Below, one piece after another: positions 1-6,658 of a stretch of DNA of 12,602 nucleotides. The notes beneath the pieces are model-generated. The model searched no databases. It worked only from the letters and a program-made list of their open reading frames with translations, and was not told the DNA's origin. How positions within the stretch are numbered: position 1 is the stretch's first letter; each line of letters begins with the position of its first letter. Location of the stretch: positions 1 through 12,602 of IMG/VR virus record IMGVR_UViG_3300045988_094612. One strand, 5' to 3'. A program made the translations under genes and the position numbers. The DNA comes from a virus.

Positions 1-37
1 AAATATCCAAACCCCCCCCCGCTGCGAGATGGGAATT
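1..37. repeat. Left inverted terminal repeat: AAATATCCAAA-C9-GCTGCGAGATGGGAATT
   Basis: Seen directly. The reverse complement of positions 12565..12602 is identical except for a C9 versus C10 homopolymer. The sequence is a GC island in an AT-rich genome and starts with the 5'-AAA reiteration typical of protein-primed sliding-back origins. Confidence 0.9.
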
Positions 38-109
38 AAATTTGAAAAATGTAAAGATTGTAAATATTATAATTATATACTTGACTTTTATTAAACTTTG
101 TGAACTAAA

Positions 110-180
110 CATAATACTAAATTACTACTAATATAGTACTAGTTAGCAATTACTAACTACTAAATTACTACTAATTTAAA
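110..180. repeat. Cluster of TACTA/ACTA iterated motifs in the non-coding left-end region; the 16-mer ACTAAATTACTACTAAT occurs twice
   Basis: Seen directly. TTACTACTAAT occurs at about 121..131 and 165..175, and TACTAG/TTACTAACTACTAA lie between them. No ORF in the region. The position between the left origin and the first promoter suggests protein-binding iterons. Confidence 0.5.
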
Positions 181-263
181 ACTTTTCTAAAAATATTAAA
201 ATTATTGTTGACAATTCTAAAAATATTATATATAATAAGCGTGTCAATAAAGAAAGCGAGGAA
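173..263 (+). repeat. Copy A of a perfect 91-bp direct repeat comprising promoter, leader and Shine-Dalgarno site
   Basis: Positions 173..263 are identical to 545..635 (offset 372 bp) as read from the sequence. Confidence 0.9.
208..236 (+). promoter_or_regulatory. Consensus sigma-A/sigma-70 promoter: TTGACA (208..213), 17-nt spacer, TATAAT (231..236)
   Basis: Exact match to the -35 and -10 consensus hexamers with the optimal 17-nt spacer. It is followed by the SD GAGGA (258..262) and the ATG at 269. Confidence 0.8.
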
Positions 264-268
264 AATTT

Positions 269-520
269 ATGACACAAAATCAACTAAAAACATTACAAGA
301 TTGTATGAAAGATTTAGAAAATGTAACACAAGAAGAACAAGGAATTTATTACAGCGATTTATTAAGCGTTTTAGTTACAAACGTTGAAAAGATTAGTTAT
401 ATTAAATTTACTAAAAAAGTTGAACAAGCTATAAGAGTATATATAATCAGTATTATAGCTAATAATGATATTGATTATCGTATTAAAAATGAATTGCTTG
501 TTACATTTTTAAAATTCTAA
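269..520 (+). CDS. Early small protein (83 aa), function unknown
   Basis: ORF with an SD (GAGGA) 6 nt upstream, driven by consensus promoter A. No recognisable motif. Confidence 0.7.
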   Translation: MTQNQLKTLQDCMKDLENVTQEEQGIYYSDLLSVLVTNVEKISYIKFTKKVEQAIRVYIISIIANNDIDYRIKNELLVTFLKF

Positions 521-544
521 ATAAAAATAGGTTAGAGGATTACA

Positions 545-635
545 AATTTAAAACTTTTCTAAAAATATTAAAATTATTGTTGACAATTCTAAAAATATTA
601 TATATAATAAGCGTGTCAATAAAGAAAGCGAGGAA
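545..635 (+). repeat. Copy B of the 91-bp promoter/SD direct repeat
   Basis: Identical to 173..263. Confidence 0.9.
580..608 (+). promoter_or_regulatory. Second consensus sigma-A promoter: TTGACA (580..585), 17-nt spacer, TATAAT (603..608)
   Basis: Lies within repeat copy B. It is followed by GAGGA (630..634) and the ATG at 642. Confidence 0.8.
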
Positions 636-641
636 TATTTT

Positions 642-710
642 ATGATAAGTGAAATTGATTTTAAGAAATTGCAAAAAGTAAAGCTAAATATGTACGTAGG
701 TATATTATGA
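642..710 (+). CDS. 22-codon leader ORF (MISEIDFKKLQKVKLNMYVGIL). Its TGA stop overlaps the ATG of the next gene (ATGA)
   Basis: It starts at the position equivalent to the ATG of ORF 269 relative to the duplicated SD. Its stop at 708..710 overlaps the ATG at 707..709. It may be a coupling or regulatory uORF. Confidence 0.35.
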   Translation: MISEIDFKKLQKVKLNMYVGIL

Positions 711-1039
711 CAATAAAATGCGCTGATTTTTGGTTAATTCGTGACAAATTTGATAAATCACCTAAGTTGTATTTAGACGTCGTGGGCGATTATTATTTAG
801 AACACGTCACAACCGCATATTACTTTGAAAACGATATCGCATATTATTACGACCGCCATATGGTTAAATGGCATTTAGTAGATTTAAGACTGCATCGCAT
901 TATATTAACGGCTAAAAATAAAGAAGCCGTTTTACAACTAGCGCACGCAACGCGCACAAGAATAAAAGAATATAGAAAACAAAATGAATACATATACATG
1001 TGGCAAGAAAGTCAAGAAATATTAAGGGGGTTACAATAG
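707..1039 (+). CDS. Early protein (110 aa), unknown function, locally GC-richer
   Basis: ORF with only a weak SD of its own (AGGT). The ATGA overlap with the leader ORF suggests translational coupling. Confidence 0.6.
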   Translation: MTIKCADFWLIRDKFDKSPKLYLDVVGDYYLEHVTTAYYFENDIAYYYDRHMVKWHLVDLRLHRIILTAKNKEAVLQLAHATRTRIKEYRKQNEYIYMWQESQEILRGLQ

Positions 1040-1040
1040 C

Positions 1041-1292
1041 ATGAAATATAATACATTAATTAAAGACATTAAAAAGCGTAAGTTATGGGATGTAATAATT
1101 TACATTGAAAACGCGGACAATCACGCAAGTATATTTTATTATTTGTATGACTTCGAAATTTATATTAAAGCACGTTATCATAATCAAGAAAGATTTGTAG
1201 ATTTTACACTAACTTATATTAGAAAAAGAAAAGAGCTTCATATTTGGGGACAAACTTCAAATTATAAAGAATGGAAGGACGTACAAATATGA
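1041..1292 (+). CDS. Early protein (83 aa), unknown function
   Basis: ORF preceded by AGGGGG. Its TGA stop overlaps the next ATG. Confidence 0.6.
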   Translation: MKYNTLIKDIKKRKLWDVIIYIENADNHASIFYYLYDFEIYIKARYHNQERFVDFTLTYIRKRKELHIWGQTSNYKEWKDVQI

Positions 1293-1519
1293 CCGATAAA
1301 GAAATAAAAGACTTAAAAGAAGATTTAGAATATTATCAACTTACATTTAGTATGGTTAGATATAAATTAAGTAATTATAAAGAAATAATTTTAGAACTAA
1401 ACGAACTTTTAAACGATTATTTAGATCAAAATGAAATTTTTAAAAATTTAAGCACAGATAACGCATATAATTTAAAAGAGATACTAGATGATCTAGATAT
1501 AGACTTTTACAATTATTAA
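1289..1519 (+). CDS. Small acidic protein (76 aa), paralogue 1 of a tandem pair
   Basis: The preferred start is ATG 1289 (SD GGAAGGA at 1274..1280, 8-nt spacing, ATGA overlap with the upstream stop) rather than the track start 1271. There are about 18 acidic versus 8 basic residues. It is a paralogue of 1555..1788. Confidence 0.6.
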   Translation: MTDKEIKDLKEDLEYYQLTFSMVRYKLSNYKEIILELNELLNDYLDQNEIFKNLSTDNAYNLKEILDDLDIDFYNY

Positions 1520-1554
1520 ATCGCTTCTCATTTAATAAGAAAGAGGTAAAACAA

Positions 1555-1788
1555 ATGTTAGAAAAAGAACTAAACGATATAAAAGAAAAATTAGAATTTT
1601 TAGAATTAATGAACGACTCAAAAGATTATAAAATAAAAAAATACGAATTTTTAATACTACAATTAAACGAACTTTTAATTAGTACCACTGATATGACGCA
1701 AATAGATATATTTAATGCTTTAGTTGGTGATAGTCCAAACACATTAAACAAAATATTAGATACGCTAGACTTAAATTTAAACTATTAA
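1555..1788 (+). CDS. Small acidic protein (77 aa), paralogue 2 of the tandem pair
   Basis: SD AAGAGG upstream. It shares a (K)E(I/L)xDxKExLEy N-terminus, a central ILxLNELL block and an ILDxLDxxxxNY C-terminus with 1289..1519. A 14-nt stretch AAACGAACTTTTAA and the 3' flank GCTTCTCATT are conserved at the DNA level. Confidence 0.65.
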   Translation: MLEKELNDIKEKLEFLELMNDSKDYKIKKYEFLILQLNELLISTTDMTQIDIFNALVGDSPNTLNKILDTLDLNLNY

Positions 1789-1845
1789 AATAGCTTCTCA
1801 TTCAAATTAACATATATTAAGAGAAAGAAAAGGAGGTTAATTATT

Positions 1846-2301
1846 ATGAGATTAAAACTTACTATGAAAATCAATACAAAGGAGGTGACCTATGAAGATG
1901 AAGGCAAAAAGAAAACTTTTAAAAGCTATTACACCTATTTAAAAGTGCCATTTGAAGCACCTGAGGGTAAAGATGTATCATTTAATTTACACTTTAGGCA
2001 AGATTGTGAGAACGCGTACGGTCGTGATTTAAACGGGGTTGTTACCGCTATTGTGGATGTACCTTGGTACGTTGTAGTTAAAGAGGGTAAAAATGAAGAT
2101 TACACTAAACAAGCTAAAATGATATTAAATGAAATATACGGCAAAAAAAGATTTGAAAACATTTGGCTTCATAAAATCTTAGATTATAAACCATTTGAAG
2201 AGAAAGAAGAAAACGACGACGATTTATTAGAATTTGACACGACAAAAAAGACTAAAGACGTTGAAAACATTAAAACAACCGACGACGATTTACCATTTTA
2301 A
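1846..2301 (+). CDS. Putative single-stranded DNA-binding protein or SSB mimic (151 aa) with a duplicated SSB C-terminal acidic tip (NDDDLLEF and TDDDLPF-COOH)
   Basis: Strong SD AAAGGAGG. The C-terminus ...TTDDDLPF matches the conserved Firmicute SSB C-terminal tip (E. coli SSB ends DDDIPF). An internal second copy is encoded by the direct repeat GACGACGATTTA at 2215 and 2281. The N-terminal part is beta-rich and could be an OB fold. An SSB is expected in a protein-primed replication module. Confidence 0.45.
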   Translation: MRLKLTMKINTKEVTYEDEGKKKTFKSYYTYLKVPFEAPEGKDVSFNLHFRQDCENAYGRDLNGVVTAIVDVPWYVVVKEGKNEDYTKQAKMILNEIYGKKRFENIWLHKILDYKPFEEKEENDDDLLEFDTTKKTKDVENIKTTDDDLPF

Positions 2302-2314
2302 GGAGTTAATAAAA

Positions 2315-2569
2315 ATGACAAAAGATATTAATATAACCGATTTTTTCACTTATTTTGTAGTCAATTACAAGCAAGACACTAAATATATGGTTTATTTACT
2401 AGTATATGGAGGTGGCAAACTATATATTAATAACGATTTGACATTTACATATGAACAACCAAATAAAATGAGTTTAATCGGTGTGCTTACCTTATTTGAA
2501 GAAATAATTCAATGCGATTGTGAGAATTTATTAGATATTCTTTACATAAAGGAGGTAATTAAAGACTAA
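2315..2569 (+). CDS. Early protein (84 aa), unknown function
   Basis: The preferred start is ATG 2315 (SD AAGGAG 2300..2305, 9-nt spacing) rather than 2234, which lies inside the previous gene. The stop overlaps the next ATG (TAATG). Confidence 0.55.
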   Translation: MTKDINITDFFTYFVVNYKQDTKYMVYLLVYGGGKLYINNDLTFTYEQPNKMSLIGVLTLFEEIIQCDCENLLDILYIKEVIKD

Positions 2570-3330
2570 TGCCTAAGAGACTTAAATTAAATTTATCTTA
2601 TAACGATTTAAATAAAATGTCTCTTACTGATTTAAAAAGCTATGCCATAAAGCTTAACAACGTTGCAAACTTGAGAGTAAGAAAGCTAAGAGAATTTGCT
2701 CCTTACTCTCCCGCTTTGTCTTCATACGAACGTAGCGAGTTAGGTACTTTTAGAATTGGTAAGGACGCGGATATTAATAGCTTACGCAAAAGCGTAGCTA
2801 GGGCAAAACACTTTCTTGAAATGGAGACGAGTACAGTTAGAGGTTCTATAAATGTTACATTACGCACTTTAAAACGCTTCGGTATAGAACCTCCTGATTT
2901 TAGCAAGAAAGAAAAAAAACCAAGAGGACGACCAAAAGGTTCAAAAAATAAAATTAAAACAAACGTACCTAAAGAGAAAAAACCAAGAGGACGACCAAAA
3001 GGTTCAAAAAATAAAAACGCATATAGTCAATATATTGAGACCGTAAAATGGTTATATTCAAAGAGAGAATTATTAAAAGAGTTCTTCGACTTGTACAATA
3101 GATATAAAGATTTATACCATGGTGGCGAACTACCTAGTGATACTATTAAAGTAGGTATGGATGTATTTTTGGACCTTAAAAATGATTTATTACAAAAAGT
3201 TGGCGACGAATGGGTAAATAGAGAAACGGGAGAAATAGTAGACCGAGACCAAATATTCTTTGATATTATGAATCAAAAAATAGAGAGAATGCACGACTAT
3301 ATTTATAGCTCATACAATCAATATAACTAA
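2569..3330 (+). CDS. Putative terminal protein (253 aa) carrying two tandem AT-hook motifs (KKPRGRPKGSKNK x2)
   Basis: It sits immediately upstream of, and is coupled to, the protein-primed DNA polymerase, as in phi29 gene 3 / gene 2. Its size is similar to phi29 TP (266 aa). By eye it resembles phi29 TP around YHGGELPSDTI (phi29 YAGGKPQGTI). RGRP is the AT-hook core. There is a Ser/Tyr-rich C-terminus. Confidence 0.5.
   Translation: MPKRLKLNLSYNDLNKMSLTDLKSYAIKLNNVANLRVRKLREFAPYSPALSSYERSELGTFRIGKDADINSLRKSVARAKHFLEMETSTVRGSINVTLRTLKRFGIEPPDFSKKEKKPRGRPKGSKNKIKTNVPKEKKPRGRPKGSKNKNAYSQYIETVKWLYSKRELLKEFFDLYNRYKDLYHGGELPSDTIKVGMDVFLDLKNDLLQKVGDEWVNRETGEIVDRDQIFFDIMNQKIERMHDYIYSSYNQYN
2913..3017 (+). 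repeat. Roughly 40-bp direct repeat, two copies 63 bp apart, encoding the two AT-hook units
   Basis: AAAAAACCAAGAGGACGACCAAAAGGTTCAAAAAATAAAA occurs at about 2915..2954 and 2977..3016. Confidence 0.85.
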
Positions 3331-3332
3331 TT

Positions 3333-5420
3333 ATGAAACAATACAATACGATTAAGGAGTGTTTAGCAAATGTAAAAAACTTTAAAACATACAAAAAAAG
3401 ACATAGAGATAAATACTTTAATAATCGTATTTGCTTTGACATTGAAGTATCTAGTTTCTATGTTGAAGGTATTGAAAAAGAACTAACTAAAAGAGCATGT
3501 TGTTACGCTTATATTTTTGGTATCGACGGCAATTATAAAATCGGTAGAAGCTTAGAAGAATTTATAAAAGACGTTGATTATCTTGAGTATGTTATGCATA
3601 AAAAAGACCCTGAAGCACATATAGTTATATGGATCCACAACTTAGCATATGAGTTTCAGTTTATTAGAAAGTATTTTGAGATACAGGAAATTTTAGCAAA
3701 CGACGAGAGAAAGATTATATACGCAGTTACTAAAAATAATATCGAGTTTAGATGTAGCTATATGTTGAGTGGATACTCTTTACGTAAAGTAGGAGAAAAT
3801 CTAAGACACCATACCGCTAAAAAAATGGTAGGAGATTTAGACTATTCCTTATTAAGAGGATCTACAACTCCACTAACTGAAAAAGAAATCGGATATATCA
3901 GGGAAGACTACGAGGTATTAGACAACTACATTGAAGAAGAACTCGAAACTTATCAATATATCTCACGATTACCATTAACTAAAACGGGTAAAGTAAGAAA
4001 GTTTTGTCGTAAAGTTTGCAATGAAAAAGGCGACTATAGAAAAAGATTTATTAAAAATCTTGTTATTAACGACGCTCAAGAATATATGCTTATGCGACGT
4101 GCTTTCATGGGAGGCTTTACACATGCTAACTCATTGGCTGTTAATAACTTAATTAGAGATGTAACATCTATCGACTTTACTAGCTCTTATCCCGCCGTTA
4201 TGGTGAGTGAGATGTTCCCTATGAGTCGAGGTCAAATAATAGAGATTAAATCTTTAGACCAAATAAAAGAATTATCTAAAAGAAACTGTCTTATATTTGA
4301 TATAGAGTTTTGGGATTTAGAAAGTACTTTTATTTATGAGTCTTATTTGTCAAGTTCACATGGTATCACTGAGGGAGCTACGACGATAAACAATGGTAGA
4401 ATAGTTATGACTAAATATTTAAAAACTACAATAACTAACATAGATTTAGATATAATAGAGAAAGTTTATAAATGGACTAAATGTAAAATAGGTTTGTGCT
4501 ACGTTTATAAAAAATGGTACCTCCCTACTACATTTGTAAAAAGTATCTTAATGTTATATAAAGACAAAACAACTTTAAAAGGTATTGACGACAAGATAGC
4601 CGAATACATGAATTCCAAAGAAATGTTAAACTCTTGTTATGGTATGACTGTTACTGATATTATTAAACCTGAGGTAGAATATGACGACGAGGAGGGGTGG
4701 CATACCGAAGAAATGACACTCGATAAACGAGGAGAATTAGTAGAAAAGTATAACAATCAGCGCTCAAGGTTTTTATTCTATCCATGGGGTGTTTTTATCA
4801 CAGCATATGCTAGGCGGAACCTGTGGTCAGGTATTTTAGAATTTGGAGAAGATTACTGCTATAGTGATACCGACTCGATCAAAGGAATTAATTATAAAAA
4901 ACATAAGAATTATGTTGATAAATACAACGATATATGTTATCATAAATTAGAGGTAGCAATGAGTTATCATAAACTTGATATATCATTGTGCGCTCCGACA
5001 ACTATAAAAGGAGAAAAGAAAATCATAGGCGTTTGGGATTATGACGGTCATTATGATATGTTCAAAACTTTAGGAGCTAAACGCTATATGGTATATAACA
5101 ACAAAGGATTATCATTAACTATATCAGGAGTTAATAAAACTAAAGCAGTACCTTATTTACTCAAAAAGTATAAAAACGATATACAACAAATATTTGATAG
5201 TTTTAGTAATGGATTTGAGGTACCCTCACCACATGCGGGCAAGCAAATTCTTACATATATTGACTATGAAACGAGCGGAGAGTTTATGGACTATTTAGGC
5301 AATAGACAAACGTATCATGAGTTAAGCTCAGTACATATGGAAGAGGGAAGCTATACATTGACAATGAGTGACGAGTACTTAAAATTCTTAGCGGAAGGAG
5401 TGAAGATAGATTATGTATAA
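3333..5420 (+). CDS. Protein-primed family-B DNA polymerase (695 aa)
   Basis: Contains Exo I FDIEV, Exo II HNLAYE (phi29 HNLKFD), Exo III YIRED, motif A DFTSSYPA (DxxSLYPS), motif B KEMLNSCYG (Kx3NSxYG), YPWGVFITAYAR (phi29 TPMGVFITAWAR), motif C YCYSDTDS (YxDTDS) and KRYMVY (KxY). The N-terminus YKIGRSLEEFI matches phi29 YKIGNSLDEFM. There is no SD; the start is 2 nt after the TP stop, suggesting coupling. Confidence 0.95.
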   Translation: MKQYNTIKECLANVKNFKTYKKRHRDKYFNNRICFDIEVSSFYVEGIEKELTKRACCYAYIFGIDGNYKIGRSLEEFIKDVDYLEYVMHKKDPEAHIVIWIHNLAYEFQFIRKYFEIQEILANDERKIIYAVTKNNIEFRCSYMLSGYSLRKVGENLRHHTAKKMVGDLDYSLLRGSTTPLTEKEIGYIREDYEVLDNYIEEELETYQYISRLPLTKTGKVRKFCRKVCNEKGDYRKRFIKNLVINDAQEYMLMRRAFMGGFTHANSLAVNNLIRDVTSIDFTSSYPAVMVSEMFPMSRGQIIEIKSLDQIKELSKRNCLIFDIEFWDLESTFIYESYLSSSHGITEGATTINNGRIVMTKYLKTTITNIDLDIIEKVYKWTKCKIGLCYVYKKWYLPTTFVKSILMLYKDKTTLKGIDDKIAEYMNSKEMLNSCYGMTVTDIIKPEVEYDDEEGWHTEEMTLDKRGELVEKYNNQRSRFLFYPWGVFITAYARRNLWSGILEFGEDYCYSDTDSIKGINYKKHKNYVDKYNDICYHKLEVAMSYHKLDISLCAPTTIKGEKKIIGVWDYDGHYDMFKTLGAKRYMVYNNKGLSLTISGVNKTKAVPYLLKKYKNDIQQIFDSFSNGFEVPSPHAGKQILTYIDYETSGEFMDYLGNRQTYHELSSVHMEEGSYTLTMSDEYLKFLAEGVKIDYV

Positions 5421-5495
5421 ATTTTACAAATTACAAACTATATTAGATAAAAAGTTTACTTTTATAAGAATGCCTAGAAGCTACGGGTATAGAGA

Positions 5496-6599
5496 ATGGC
5501 TAAAGAAAAAGAAGAACATTATAGATTAGATAAAATACTAGCACATAAAGCACAATATTATATGATTATCGGTGAGCGTTCTAATGGCAAGACTTATGCT
5601 ATCTTAGAACACTGCTTAAAGGAATATGTTAAAAGCGGATACAAGAAAGAATTTTGTATCTTGAGACGTTGGCAAGACGACTTTAAACCTAAAAACTCTA
5701 CGCAAATGTTCGCGGGTCATATTCAAAATGGTGTAATAACTAGACTCACAAAGGGAGAATTTAACTCGGTATCTTATTTAGGTGGTCGTTGGTATCTAGC
5801 ATTTGTCGACGAGCACGGAGCTACAACAAAGAAAATGCAAACACCTTTTTGCTATGGTTTTGCTCTTAATGACCAAGAACACATTAAATCAATCTCATTC
5901 CCTAATATTAAAAATATTTTCTTTGACGAGTTCTTATCAAGTAATTACTATCTACCTGATGAATTTGTTATCTTCATGAACGTATTATCAACTATTATAC
6001 GTTTACGTAACGACGTTACAATATTCATGGCAGGTAACACGATCAATCCTTATGCACCTTACTTTAATGAAATGGGATTAAAACATGTTAAGAACATGAA
6101 AAAAGGTGAGATTGAAGTATATACTTACGGTGATAGTGGGCTTAAAGTAGCAGTTGAGTTCTCGGACTATTACGGTAAAAAGAAGAGTAACATCTACTTT
6201 GCTTTTGACAATCCTAAACTAACTATGATTACAGGCGTTGGGGGTACTTGGGAAATAAACATCTACCCTCACTTGCCTTGTAAATATAAGCCAAAAGAAA
6301 TATTATTTACTTATTTTATTTTATTCGACAACGAGATATTCCAATGCGAAATCGTTTCAACAAACGATATGACGTTCACATACATACACCGTAAAACGGG
6401 AGAGTTGAAAGACAAGGGGGACTTAATATTCGACCTTGTACCAAATGGGAAGCCTAACTATGTTACTAACATCTATAGTTCTGGTAGTCCTGTAGTAAAT
6501 ATGATTTTATCCTTTTTCAAACTGAGTAAGGTTTTTTATCAAGACAATACGGTAGGTGAGTCAATAAGAAACTATTTACAAGTTTGTATTAGAGGCTAA
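5496..6599 (+). CDS. DNA packaging (encapsidation) ATPase, phi29 gp16-like (367 aa)
   Basis: Walker A GERSNGKTY and Walker B IFFDEF. The block IKNIFFDEFLSSNYYLPDEF...AGNTINPYAPYFNEMGL resembles phi29 gp16 TIVFDEFIREKDNSNYIPNE...LSNAVSVVNPYFLFF. Confidence 0.9.
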   Translation: MAKEKEEHYRLDKILAHKAQYYMIIGERSNGKTYAILEHCLKEYVKSGYKKEFCILRRWQDDFKPKNSTQMFAGHIQNGVITRLTKGEFNSVSYLGGRWYLAFVDEHGATTKKMQTPFCYGFALNDQEHIKSISFPNIKNIFFDEFLSSNYYLPDEFVIFMNVLSTIIRLRNDVTIFMAGNTINPYAPYFNEMGLKHVKNMKKGEIEVYTYGDSGLKVAVEFSDYYGKKKSNIYFAFDNPKLTMITGVGGTWEINIYPHLPCKYKPKEILFTYFILFDNEIFQCEIVSTNDMTFTYIHRKTGELKDKGDLIFDLVPNGKPNYVTNIYSSGSPVVNMILSFFKLSKVFYQDNTVGESIRNYLQVCIRG

Positions 6600-6658
6600 A
6601 ATAGAAATGGAGGTATATCAAAATAAATACCACTTTAGAAAATATTGTAGATAGCTCC

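Noticed and set aside
1-20. Poly-C/poly-G ends as a homopolymer-tailing cloning artefact
   Set aside because: The homopolymer is embedded 11 nt inside each end and is flanked on both sides by matching unique ITR sequence. phi29 also has C-rich tracts near its termini. An error in homopolymer length (9 versus 10) remains possible.
38-172. phi29-type packaging RNA (pRNA) gene at the left end
   Set aside because: The region is extremely AT-rich and low in complexity, with no obvious paired helices. I cannot support an ncRNA call from the sequence alone. A covariance-model search would be needed.
205-387. 60-aa ORF overlapping promoter A and the start of ORF 269
   Set aside because: It starts inside the -35/-10 promoter region upstream of the predicted transcription start, has no SD, and is in a different frame from the well-supported ORF 269..520.
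173-635. CRISPR-like array, considered because of the identical direct repeats
   Set aside because: There are only two copies, each 91 bp long and containing a promoter, separated by 281 bp that encodes a protein. This is not a CRISPR architecture.
1271-2314. Longer track starts at 1271 and 2234
   Set aside because: Both upstream ATGs lie inside the preceding genes and lack SD sites. The internal ATGs at 1289 and 2315 have good SDs at canonical spacing and ATGA/adjacent-stop coupling geometry.
2703-2906. Minus-strand ORFs (2703..2906, 6793..6996, 7190..7456, 7583..7864, 8344..8538, 11550..11765)
   Set aside because: All are antisense to genes with clear homology or motifs. They are Ser/Leu-rich low-complexity translations typical of antisense AT-rich coding DNA and have no SD sites. 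The whole element appears to be transcribed in one direction.
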